From assembly GCA_963712535.1 (NCBI GenBank), contig CAVQIK010000005.1, positions 15 through 64,014 on the forward strand: DNA of 64,000 bases, given 5' to 3'. Below the pieces are notes generated by a model that was not told where the DNA came from, did no database searches, and saw nothing but the letters and a program-made list of their open reading frames with translations. Positions within the stretch are counted from its first letter, which is position 1. Each line of letters opens with the position of its first letter. Source of the stretch: an uncultured delta proteobacterium (GTDB taxonomy: Bacteria > Desulfobacterota > SM23-61). Made by a program: the position numbers and the translations under genes. Below are positions 39,662-48,203 of this stretch, in pieces.

Positions 39662-39826
39662 TCAGGGGAAAGCTGAGACAACGGACTGTAAAAGATTTCT
39701 TACCGCCGCGGCCAGGTGAGAGACCGACAAGGTGATGGCCAGGAAGAGCATGCTGGAAATCACCGCATATTCAATTGGCGTTGTCCCTTTTTGCGAGACA
39801 TAGACACGGGCAATTTTATTGAGCAT
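39662..39826 (-). CDS. flp: Flp-family pilin, second copy (not in the ORF track)
   Basis: My translation: MLNKIARVYVSQKGTTPIEYAVISSMLFLAITLSVSHLAAAVRNLLQSVVSAFP. It has the G/T-x-x-IEY processing-site motif plus a hydrophobic helix. It ends 22 nt before cpaA. Confidence 0.7.
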   Translation of the reverse strand: MLNKIARVYVSQKGTTPIEYAVISSMLFLAITLSVSHLAAAVRNLLQSVVSAFP

Positions 39827-39864
39827 TTCTATCTAATGTTTTCCCAATTTGAGGAATTGTTTTG

Positions 39865-39897
39865 GGGGATACATGCCCTTCAAGGGCATGTATCCCC
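39865..39897 (-). terminator. perfect 15-bp stem-loop between the two flp genes (attenuator / RNA-stability candidate)
   Basis: GGGGATACATGCCCT-TGA-AGGGCATGTATCCCC on the coding strand, 12 nt after the flp1 stop. No U-tract follows, so it is not a canonical intrinsic terminator. Confidence 0.4.
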
Positions 39898-39909
39898 GCG
39901 GGCCAACAT

Positions 39910-40077
39910 TTAAGAAGTTTTCAAGTTGTCTGCAGCCTTCTGGAAAACGGCTATGAGGTTAGTGCCAACAGCGGTTACCGTAACAATAATCGCCACTGCA
40001 ATCAGGGATGCGATCAAGCCGTACTCGATGGCGGTTACGCCGTCCTCTTCTTTCAGGAATCCGAGCAGTTTCTTCAT
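39910..40077 (-). CDS. flp: Flp-family major pilin candidate (not in the ORF track)
   Basis: My translation: MKKLLGFLKEEDGVTAIEYGLIASLIAVAIIVTVTAVGTNLIAVFQKAADNLKTS. It has the classic Flp motif G-x-T-A-IEYGLIA. The SD AAGGAG lies 10 nt upstream, flanked by A8 and A7 runs. Confidence 0.85.
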   Translation of the reverse strand: MKKLLGFLKEEDGVTAIEYGLIASLIAVAIIVTVTAVGTNLIAVFQKAADNLKTS

Positions 40078-40627
40078 TTCTTTTTTTCTCCTTGATTTTT
40101 TTTCGGTTGTTCTGGTTTGTGTTTTATCCCTGTGCCATCCAAATCTTTATTTCCCTTTCAAATATTCCCCCACCCACCCCCTTTCCACGGCAACGGTTCG
40201 CTAGCGGCCATTGAAGCTTCGGAATTATTTTTCATGCACGCTTCCGGCCCCCAGAACCTGGTCGATTCCTCTTCCGCACATCCGCCCCAGATCCATGACT
40301 GGCGGTTTCCCCCGTGAATCATCCCTATGTACCCGGCACGAACTTTCCGGTGAACACTCCGCTCGCGTTCATTCACGAAGGACACCCGGCTTGCGCCGGA
40401 GAAACGGCTTTTTGAGTTTTTCTGGAAATTGCTGGAGAGTATGCTTGATATTTGTCATTGCCGATAAGATCAGAGCTCAGTTTTCTTCCAAGAGAATGAC
40501 GGCCCAGGATTCGCGAGAGGCTCGTGTTTTTCATATGGAACGTTGAACGGCTGTTTGTCGCCGAAGTATGATTTTCGTAATGTGCAAGCAGTCACGTGTC
40601 CAAGTAAGCAATAATAATCAGCGTGTA

Positions 40628-40643
40628 GCGAAAACCGTGCCAA
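40628..40643 (-). promoter_or_regulatory. candidate sigma-54 (-24/-12) promoter about 550 nt upstream of flp
   Basis: The minus strand reads TTGGCACGGTTTTCGC. GG and GC have the canonical 10-nt separation, with one mismatch to TGGCAC-N5-TTGC. It shares GGCACG-N4-TCGCT with the element at 42891-42906. Confidence 0.4.
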
Positions 40644-40977
40644 CGATAAGGACTAAGTTTTTTCGTTAGAAGGTATCGATAATTGTTATGAAAATAAATG
40701 CTTAGGGTAAGGAGACCTCCTCGCAGAGGTAAGATAATGGAAGCGGGGCTATGGACAAGGTTCCCTATTCCTCGGTAAATTCTCCCCTGCGGTCTTTAAG
40801 ATCCGTTACGAGGAACAGGGTTAGCACGCGGGTACCAATTCAACCTGTGTCCGTAATGAAAACTTTCCGAGGTCCTTATGTATGACAAAGGAGCAACTGA
40901 GAAAGGGATTTATGGTGATTTATCGGGGGCAAGGAAGGATTGTTTGCGATTTCAGCAGCCGTTGGCTCATTCAAAGC

Positions 40978-42576
40978 TTATTGCCGAAACTCTTTTGCTA
41001 CAAATTTGGGGACAATGGCAGATTGCTCAATTTTCGAAATGTCACGCAGAAAAATTTTTACCAGTTCAGGGTCAAACTGGCGCCCTGCCCCTCTTTTCAA
41101 CTCCTGCAGAACGGCTCCGCGTTCCAGAGGGCTTTTATAGATCCTGCCATGGGTCATTAAATCGTAAGCGTCAGCAATAGAAAAAATCCGGGAGATCAGG
41201 GGAATTTCGTGCCCTTTCCAGTTCAGAGGATAACCGGTGCCGTCCCATCTTTCGTGGTGGCCTAGAATGGCTTCGGAGATGGGGGCAAGTTCCATGCAAG
41301 ATTCCGCGATCCGATACCCGATTTCAGGATGCTTCCGAATCTCACTCCATTCCTCCCGGGTTAAAAGACCCGGTTTCTTAAGTATCCCTTCCGGCAGGGC
41401 GATATTTCCCACGTCATGCCAGGAGGCGAGTAGAACCAACTGATCCATTTCCCTGCCGGAAATCTTTTTCTTGCGGCCGATGTTCACAGCCAATCGGTTC
41501 AGCCGATCAAAATGCCCTTCATTTTCGAGGCTTTTTGCGAGCAGGATCCGCCGCATGGAGGTGATTGAGGAATAGCGTAAAGTCTTACTCTCCGAGAGTT
41601 TGTTCCTGTACATACACTCGTCGGCTTTTCTGAAAACATCGTGGAGATCCTGCGAGGGATCCTCCTTAGTGCAGGCGCCAAGAGCGATGCTTAGATTCAC
41701 CGGACCCCTGTTCTTGCGGCGGCAAAGGAATTTCACTCTTTCCATGATCTCGTTGGCCGTGTTACCGCTGGTCCGGGGGAGGAAAACGGCAAATTCATCC
41801 CCTCCCAATCGGGCGATCACATCCTCTTTCCGGCAGGACTGCCGGAGAATGAAGGCGATCTCCTGGAGGCGTTTGTCTCCTTCGTCATGTCCGAAAGCGT
41901 CGTTGACCAGCTTGAGGGAGTTTACATCACCGAAAATCACACTGATCGGTAACTGTCTGTCTGTATCCAGACGCTTCACTTCTTCCTCGAAGTAGGCCCG
42001 GTTGTAAAGACCCGTCAAAGAGTCATGGAAGCTCAAGTAGTGGCTCCGATCTTTTGTCTTTTTTTGGTCGCTAATATCCTCCATCCGTCCTTGATAATAT
42101 AGAGGCACCCCGCCTGGTTTCAGGACCGCTAAGAGGTTAAAGGAAATCCAGATCCTTTTCTCATCGCGCCGGACTATCTCCGCCTCAAATTTAGGTACGA
42201 CTCCGGTCTTCGCCAGGACCCCTTTCAAATTTCGGAACTGTGCTGGGTCGGCGAAAAATTGCCCGAGGCTTTTGTTGTTCCGTCCGGTGAATTCTTCGGG
42301 CGAGCCATAGCCCAGGATTCGGGCGCAAGCAGGATTGGCAATCACAAACTGGCCGTCTTCGGTAGTCTGAAAGACACCCTCGAGGGCGTTGTCAAAAAGG
42401 CTTCGGTATTTTTCTTCTTCGCCACCCATCGGGGCGATTGCCCTAGACGGCATGGGCCGGCAACCTTTCCGAAAGCCCGTCGCATGGCGAATTCCAGTGC
42501 GCCAGTCTTGATTTTCCAAAACCACGTATGAATTGTTTCCCAGCAATGTTTCCTCCCCGCTCGTAATCATACTCAA
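40978..42576 (-). CDS. PAS - GGDEF - HD-GYP c-di-GMP turnover protein
   Basis: PAS region (YRSLFDNALEGVFQTTEDGQF), RLGGDEFAVFL GGDEF motif, and an HD-GYP domain (WHDVGNIALP...HHERWDGTGYP). Confidence 0.85.
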   Translation of the reverse strand: MSMITSGEETLLGNNSYVVLENQDWRTGIRHATGFRKGCRPMPSRAIAPMGGEEEKYRSLFDNALEGVFQTTEDGQFVIANPACARILGYGSPEEFTGRNNKSLGQFFADPAQFRNLKGVLAKTGVVPKFEAEIVRRDEKRIWISFNLLAVLKPGGVPLYYQGRMEDISDQKKTKDRSHYLSFHDSLTGLYNRAYFEEEVKRLDTDRQLPISVIFGDVNSLKLVNDAFGHDEGDKRLQEIAFILRQSCRKEDVIARLGGDEFAVFLPRTSGNTANEIMERVKFLCRRKNRGPVNLSIALGACTKEDPSQDLHDVFRKADECMYRNKLSESKTLRYSSITSMRRILLAKSLENEGHFDRLNRLAVNIGRKKKISGREMDQLVLLASWHDVGNIALPEGILKKPGLLTREEWSEIRKHPEIGYRIAESCMELAPISEAILGHHERWDGTGYPLNWKGHEIPLISRIFSIADAYDLMTHGRIYKSPLERGAVLQELKRGAGRQFDPELVKIFLRDISKIEQSAIVPKFVAKEFRQ

Positions 42577-42601
42577 CGTGTATTATGGTCATCGGATAGG
42601 A

Positions 42602-42853
42602 TCAAATCTCTCGGAAGCCCATTTCGCGAGCCAGCGAATATTTGGTTTCAATAACCTCCGATTCTCGCCTATCCAGAAGCGAAATGACTTTGATGTCCCG
42701 GATGGCCTTCCTGGGGAGATTAGCCTTTTTGTTGCTTCCGTCGAACAGGAGGATAGACTTATTTCGTTTCCTGGCGAACACAATATCCCCCTTCCGAAAT
42801 ACTTGTGTTGTCTCTTTTCCGAGTATCTGGCACTTCCACCAATGAGCCTCCAT
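42602..42853 (-). CDS. 83-aa protein of unknown function, first gene behind a sigma-54-type promoter
   Basis: The ATG lies 7 nt after AAGGAG, and the gene ends 25 nt before the GGDEF gene. No family recognised. Confidence 0.5.
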   Translation of the reverse strand: MEAHWWKCQILGKETTQVFRKGDIVFARKRNKSILLFDGSNKKANLPRKAIRDIKVISLLDRRESEVIETKYSLAREMGFREI

Positions 42854-42890
42854 GAATCTTCTCCTTCGTCAAGTCGGTGGAGGCATAAGA

Positions 42891-42906
42891 GCGAAATGCG
42901 TGCCGC
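42891..42906 (-). promoter_or_regulatory. candidate sigma-54 (-24/-12) promoter
   Basis: The minus strand reads GCGGCACGCATTTCGC, with GG-N10-GC spacing. The -12 element lies about 38 nt upstream of the 83-aa ORF start. Confidence 0.45.
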
Positions 42907-43292
42907 TTATTGAATTTTGCCCGTTCTCATATTCTTCTTTGAAAACAAATAATTATAAGGCATCCAAAAACCCGGAACGCCGTGCGGCTGAAAATCTGGG
43001 AAGACAAACTATGGAGTGTATTCCTGACCAGAAGGGAAATGATTCCAGATCGCTTGGCTTGAAGGGTGTTCAAATCCCTTCGTGATAGGCGGAGAAGGAT
43101 AGAGTATTTCCCGGGCCTCTGCCTCTAGAGGAGAAAACTTCCGGTACGCTATTCCAAGACCATCTGACTATGAAATGGTCTTCCGGAAACCCACGAAGCT
43201 GGGTAAGAATCGACGATTTTCACGGGACTAAGGTTGTTGCTTTTTCGGAATGAGGAAGGAAAATGTAATGAATGCGCGAGGGAACTTATAGG

Positions 43293-44719
43293 CTATTCGG
43301 CGGGATCTGGAGGGAACCCGAATTTATTAATCAGAATTCCTAATTTCTTTATCTTGCCATGGATGGTTTTGTAGTCGATCTGGAGGAGGCGGGCGGCCTT
43401 GGCCTTGTTGCCTCCGGTCCTCTTCAGAACCTCCGTTAAAACCTCCCGCTCAACGGCGGTGATGCTCTGCTGCAGGATCTCCTTGAGGGACGAGTTCTTC
43501 CAGGGGATCCCCTGAACCTTGGGGGTAAAAGCCATCCCCGGCACGTCCACCCGCTTCAGTTCCAGTTGCTTCTCGGTAATCACGTCGTCGGCCAAGAGAG
43601 CCGCCCGACGGATGATCGACCGAAGCTGGCGAACATTGCCCGGCCAGTTGTAGTTAAACAGTACGTTCAATGCCGACTCCGAAAACCCGTTGATCTGCTT
43701 GTTCAGCTCCAGGTTGGCCTGGTCCAGAAACCTCTTGGCCAGGTAAGGAATGTCATCCTTCCGCTCCCGCAACGGCGGAATGGCGATGGTAAACTCGTTC
43801 AGGCGGTAGAACAGGTCCCTTCGAAACGAACCCGAGAGGGCCAGTTCGTGCAGGTCCTGGTTGCTGGCCACCAGGAGGCGGACATTCATGCTCAGGGGCT
43901 TGGTCCCACCCACCCGGTACACCTTCTTCTCCTGGAGTACCCGTAGGAGCTTGGCCTGCGAACCCAGACGGCATGTTGGAAATTTCGTCCAGGAACAGCG
44001 TCCCACCATTGGCTACCTCGAATTTCCCCGGCTTTTGCATCTCCGCCCCGGTGAACGCCCCCCTTTCATGGCCGAAGAGCTCGCTCTCCAGAAGCGTCTC
44101 GGGTATGGCCCCGCAATCCACCGGGATAAAGGGCCCCGTAGGTCGAGAGCTGGCTTCGTGAATCGCACGGGCCACAACCTCTTTCCCGGACCCGGTCTCC
44201 CCGATGATGATCACCGTGAAATCCGATTCGGCCACCCGGTTCACTTCCGAAATAAGGCGGCTCGACAGCATCGCTCGGTCCCATTTTCCCCTTGAGAGGG
44301 ACATTGCTCACCTGGCTGGACAGCCGGCGGACCTTGAGCTTAAGCTCCCGTTCGGCCAGCGCCCGGTGCACCACCCGGATCACGTCCTGGTTATCGAAGG
44401 GTTTGGAAAGATAATCGTGGGCGCCCGCCTTAATGGCCTTGACCGCCCCCCGGGCATCGGCATGCCCGGTGATGAAGACTACCGGTAGCTCGGGATCGAG
44501 GTCCTTCACCTGCCTCAGCACCTCCATCCCATCCATTCCTGGCAACATCATGTCGACGAGGAGAAGATCCGGGGCTGCCGAACGGACAATTTTCAGGGCC
44601 TTCTCTCCTTCGTAGGCCACCGTCGCCTCAAATCCTTCCCCCTTTACGAGGTCGGAAAGAATGGCGCAGATCTGCTTGTCGTCGTCAATAATCAATATTC
44701 GGCTGGTCTGTTTAGCCAT
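43293..44719 (-). pseudogene. NtrC-family sigma-54-dependent response regulator, two frame disruptions
   Basis: Receiver (ILIIDDDKQ...LLLVDMMLPGMDG), AAA+ ([29 protein letters not shown]) and Fis-type HTH (GGNKAKAARLLQIDYKTIHGKI) lie in three frames. The joins are KMGPS..|[10 protein letters not shown] near 44262-44272 and DEISNMP|[15 protein letters not shown] near 43970-43976. Confidence 0.85.
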
Positions 44720-44785
44720 CTTAGTTTCTCGTCCGGTTTGAACCGGTAAGGGAATTCTCGCTTCGCGCTGTGGGTATGAAACCAT

Positions 44786-45760
44786 TTAAGGGGCCGTTCC
44801 GTTGATCCGTCCGGACGGGTCATCCTGCTCAAGGGGGAGCTTAATGGATACCGTCGTTCCCTGGCCAACTTCGCTGTCTACGGTTATCTCGCCTCCATGC
44901 TGCTGGATTAAGGATTGGGAGATATTCAAACCCAGGCCGGTGCCTTGTTCCTTGGTAGTGTAGAACGGCTCAAAAATACGGTCCCGTTGCTCCTTGGGGA
45001 TACCCGGCCCATCGTCGGTGATCCTTATCTCCACCATTTTCTCCAGGGATAGGAACCGGGTTTGGACGCTCACCTTTCCCTTTCCGGACACCGCGTGAAT
45101 GGCATTCATCAAAACGTTCAGGAAGACTCGCTCAAGATTCTCCTGACTCCCGGTGATCTCCGGCAGGGCCTTGTCCAAATCGGCTGCAAACAACAGCTTG
45201 CTGGGGGCACTCTGTAGTTCGGACATCTTCCACATCACCAGGAGGGTCTTGTTGATATTGACCGGTCTGTAGTCCAAGACGGATGTCCTTGTATGATCTA
45301 AGAAAATTTTGGAAAGATCATTAGCCTTCTTAACGTTTTCCATAATCATCTGAAGTTTTTCCCGAATCGGAGCATCCTCTTCCTGTTCTTCCAAGCAGGA
45401 CTGGGCACAGGAGCTGATGACCGCAAGAGGGTTCCTCAGATCATGAAGCAGGCCCGCCACCATCACCTTCCCAACAGTTTGCTTTCTGGATTCATTGTAG
45501 ACTTTTTCCTCCATCTCCCTAATAACGGAAGATGCCTGTATGAGTTGCTGGACGAGAATGTGATTTTCTGTGTTCAGGCCCTCCAGATTATCCGTACACG
45601 CCGCCGAAGGGTTGATGTTTTTATTAGAAAATTTCCAGGATTTGGTCTTTCCTTTCCGGTTATGTAACGGTTTGTCTGGCTTCTCGGATGAGGATTTCCC
45701 CTCTGGCTTTCCTTTTCGCCGGGAATCCGAAGCGGGAGCCTTTTTCAGCTTTTTTTCCAA
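44786..45760 (-). CDS. soluble histidine kinase (HisKA + HATPase_c) with a basic low-complexity N-terminus and no obvious sensor domain
   Basis: H-box GLLHDLRNPLAVI, N-box LNVLMNAIHA, G-boxes DDGPGIP and GTGLGLNISQ. No TM segments. It sits immediately upstream of the response regulator. Confidence 0.85.
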   Translation of the reverse strand: MEKKLKKAPASDSRRKGKPEGKSSSEKPDKPLHNRKGKTKSWKFSNKNINPSAACTDNLEGLNTENHILVQQLIQASSVIREMEEKVYNESRKQTVGKVMVAGLLHDLRNPLAVISSCAQSCLEEQEEDAPIREKLQMIMENVKKANDLSKIFLDHTRTSVLDYRPVNINKTLLVMWKMSELQSAPSKLLFAADLDKALPEITGSQENLERVFLNVLMNAIHAVSGKGKVSVQTRFLSLEKMVEIRITDDGPGIPKEQRDRIFEPFYTTKEQGTGLGLNISQSLIQQHGGEITVDSEVGQGTTVSIKLPLEQDDPSGRINGTAP

Positions 45761-46413
45761 TCTCCGAAAACTTTCCTTTATTTCTACCGGGTTCTCCTAT
45801 TTGCCTAGGCTTTTCGCGGCCCTTAAAGACAAAAAGGCCGATTCCCCATCTGATCGGAGTATGTTTTCTGAGGCAACATCGTAATTCCTGGATATTACGC
45901 CCCCCCAATTCGTCCGAACTGCGGCAATTTTTAATCCAATTTTTGGAATAAACGAGGCAAAGGAAGACGTTCCCTTGCCCGCCTTCTTTTGCAATCTCCT
46001 CGCCTCTTTTTAATCGGCCAGGATTTGGAACTGCGAGGCTTTATCATTCTTTGCGCCCGGGTAATTCTTAAGATCATCTCCCCGGATAAGCCGTTAAGGG
46101 GCCTCTACCCATAAGTTCATCGGAACGCGTGCGCGTTTCTTTAATTCTTCGCAACAGTTATCTTAAAGTCTTTCCGGGTCTGTATCTGCCAGCTCAACGG
46201 CAGATGTTCAGGAACGGATGGTTACGATTTTTCCTACCCATAGAAAATATAAGATTCGACCTTCGGGAAGAAAAACTCTACCTATGGCAGAGGACAAATA
46301 TTTGCCTGGCGCCGGGGACATCGGGTATTATTAAAAAATAGGGCAAATGCGGGAGTTAATGCCATAGTCGCCGGGCAGCCGGCCGTCGAAAATACATATC
46401 AGGAGGAGGGATA

Positions 46414-47049
46414 ATGGGGAATGACCGTAAGGACGAGTGGGGTACGCATGAAATTTACTGGAAAAGCCTGGAGGGGGCTGCGCCGGGCGAGGTGAGCAGG
46501 AGGACGGGAGGGGTTTACAATGAGGAGAGAAAAGGATACCTCCTGCCCGTTCTCAACCAGAAATACCTGGTTCTTCCGGGAGAGAAGAAGATCCTCTGCA
46601 TGCGGGGAGATTTTTGCGAGGAGGAGACCCTGCGGGATTACTTTTACCTCATGGTTCTTCTTTACCTCCTGAACGCCCGCGAGGGCGACCCCACCCGAAC
46701 GTGGATCAGCGAAAAAGAGCTGAAAGGCGGAACGACGTTCTTCCGCGGCCCGCACGCGCTCAGAACCGAAGAGTTGAAGGAAGCCTTGGGGAAAGATCCT
46801 GAAGCCTTTCTCCGCGCGGGGGCACGGCTGGGCGGAGTCGAGCTGCTGTTCGGCGACAAAGCCTTCGCCCTGACCGTTTTTCCCAAGGTCCCGCTGGCTT
46901 ACATTCTCTGGAAAGGGGACACGGAATTTCCGGCCGCGGTCAACGTTCTCTTCGACTCGACCATTCAGAACCATTTTTCGCTCGATGGCGTTTGGTGCAT
47001 CGTCGCGGAAGTGACCCAGCGCCTGCTGGACGCGGCGCGAGAGCCGTGA
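46414..47049 (+). CDS. DUF3786-like protein
   Basis: 211 aa. The ATG follows AGGAGGAGGG. The overall pattern (YW..LE...P.EV..R.G, LVLPG) recalls DUF3786, but the assignment is from memory only. Confidence 0.5.
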   Translation: MGNDRKDEWGTHEIYWKSLEGAAPGEVSRRTGGVYNEERKGYLLPVLNQKYLVLPGEKKILCMRGDFCEEETLRDYFYLMVLLYLLNAREGDPTRTWISEKELKGGTTFFRGPHALRTEELKEALGKDPEAFLRAGARLGGVELLFGDKAFALTVFPKVPLAYILWKGDTEFPAAVNVLFDSTIQNHFSLDGVWCIVAEVTQRLLDAAREP

Positions 47050-47990
47050 AGGGGAAGGTTGCCTACGTCGTTGCGGACCTGGAGGGCTCTACCGGGGCTT
47101 GGACCAGGGCGCATACTCTCCTGGGCACCCCGGAGTGGCACGAAGCCCGGGTGGAGGTCACCCGGGACATCAACGCGGTCGCGGATGCCCTTTTCGAAAG
47201 AGGGGCAAAGGCCGTCGTGGTGAAGGATTTTCACCGGACGGGGTATAATCTCATTCCCCGTTACCTCGACAGGCGGGTTAAGCTGATATCCGGTTACTAC
47301 ACGGGACCGGCGGCGGGTTTCGGGAGGCTTTACGGAGCGGATTTCGCGTTTTTCGTCGGCCTCCACGCCTCGGGCGGAAACCGGAATGGATTTCTCCCTC
47401 ACACCCTGACCAGCCGAATCGGTGAGATCCGGGTCAACGGCAAGAGAATCTGCGAGGCGGAGCTGTTCGCCGCAGTGTTATCTCCTTTCCGCGTTCCCGT
47501 GGTCTTCTTCTCCGGGTGCCCAGCCGCCTGCCATGAAATCGAAGAGAGAATGCCCTGGGTGACCGCCTGCCCCATTCCGAAAGACCCGCTGGTCTCCGGG
47601 AATTCAAATGAGCGAAGAGATGCAATCTCCCGGATGCGGGAAAACTTGAGGGAAAAAATAAGAGAGATGCCTGATCCCAAGGACCCGCCCCTTTTCTTCA
47701 TGAACCCGCCTTTCGAATGCGAGGTGATTTTCCAGGAAGAGTCGGAAGCCGCGCGCGGGAACCGCTGGGGGTTTCCCCGGGAGGGGCGGATCATCCGGTT
47801 CCACGCAGGGGAGTTCATGGAGCTTTACGAGAGCCTGCTGAAGATCGCCTATTTCCCCAAACTGGCGTACGCGCTCCGCCACGTGGTGATTCCCCTGACC
47901 AGGGCGGCGTGGAAACTGCACTCATTCAAAATCAAAAAATGTAGGGACGGGGTTACCCCGCCCCTACGATCCTTTCCTTATGTAGATTAG
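47046..47990 (+). CDS. peptidase M55 (D-aminopeptidase DppA-like) family protein
   Basis: A GTG start overlaps the upstream stop (GTGA). VADLEGSTG, VVVKDFHRTGYNL, LISGYY, GLHASGG...HTL and VPVVFFSGCPAA parallel the Bacillus DppA pattern DMEG / DSH / GYHA / VPV..GD. Confidence 0.6.
   Translation: MKGKVAYVVADLEGSTGAWTRAHTLLGTPEWHEARVEVTRDINAVADALFERGAKAVVVKDFHRTGYNLIPRYLDRRVKLISGYYTGPAAGFGRLYGADFAFFVGLHASGGNRNGFLPHTLTSRIGEIRVNGKRICEAELFAAVLSPFRVPVVFFSGCPAACHEIEERMPWVTACPIPKDPLVSGNSNERRDAISRMRENLREKIREMPDPKDPPLFFMNPPFECEVIFQEESEAARGNRWGFPREGRIIRFHAGEFMELYESLLKIAYFPKLAYALRHVVIPLTRAAWKLHSFKIKKCRDGVTPPLRSFPYVD
47940..47969. repeat. family-B palindrome TGTAGGGACGGGGTTACCCCGCCCCTACGA
   Basis: It overlaps the 3' end of the peptidase gene. 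The GTAGGG/CCCTAC termini match those at 23597-23670 and 61924-61985. Confidence 0.5.
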
Positions 47991-48110
47991 GGTTTCTTGC
48001 CCCCCTACCTTCGTTTTATTCTCCGAACTCCGAACTAATTACCCCGAACTTTATTCCCCTCCCATTTGCCTTGACTTTCCCCTGTTCTCTTTCTACTATT
48101 AAATCACCGT

Positions 48111-48187
<77 letters not shown>

Positions 48188-48203
48188 CTTTTTTTAAATA
48201 TTA

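Noticed and set aside
40126-40142. TGGCAC motif (minus strand) about 50 nt upstream of flp as a sigma-54 promoter
   Set aside because: TGGCACAGGGATAAAAC has no GC at the -12 position with the required spacing.
40081-40630. Possible c-di-GMP (GEMM) riboswitch or small ORF in the long flp leader
   Set aside because: I found no ACGCACAGGGCAAACC / GACGCAAAGCC-type GEMM core. The 75-aa ORF 40158..40385 has no SD and odd composition. The region is kept only as an unexplained leader.
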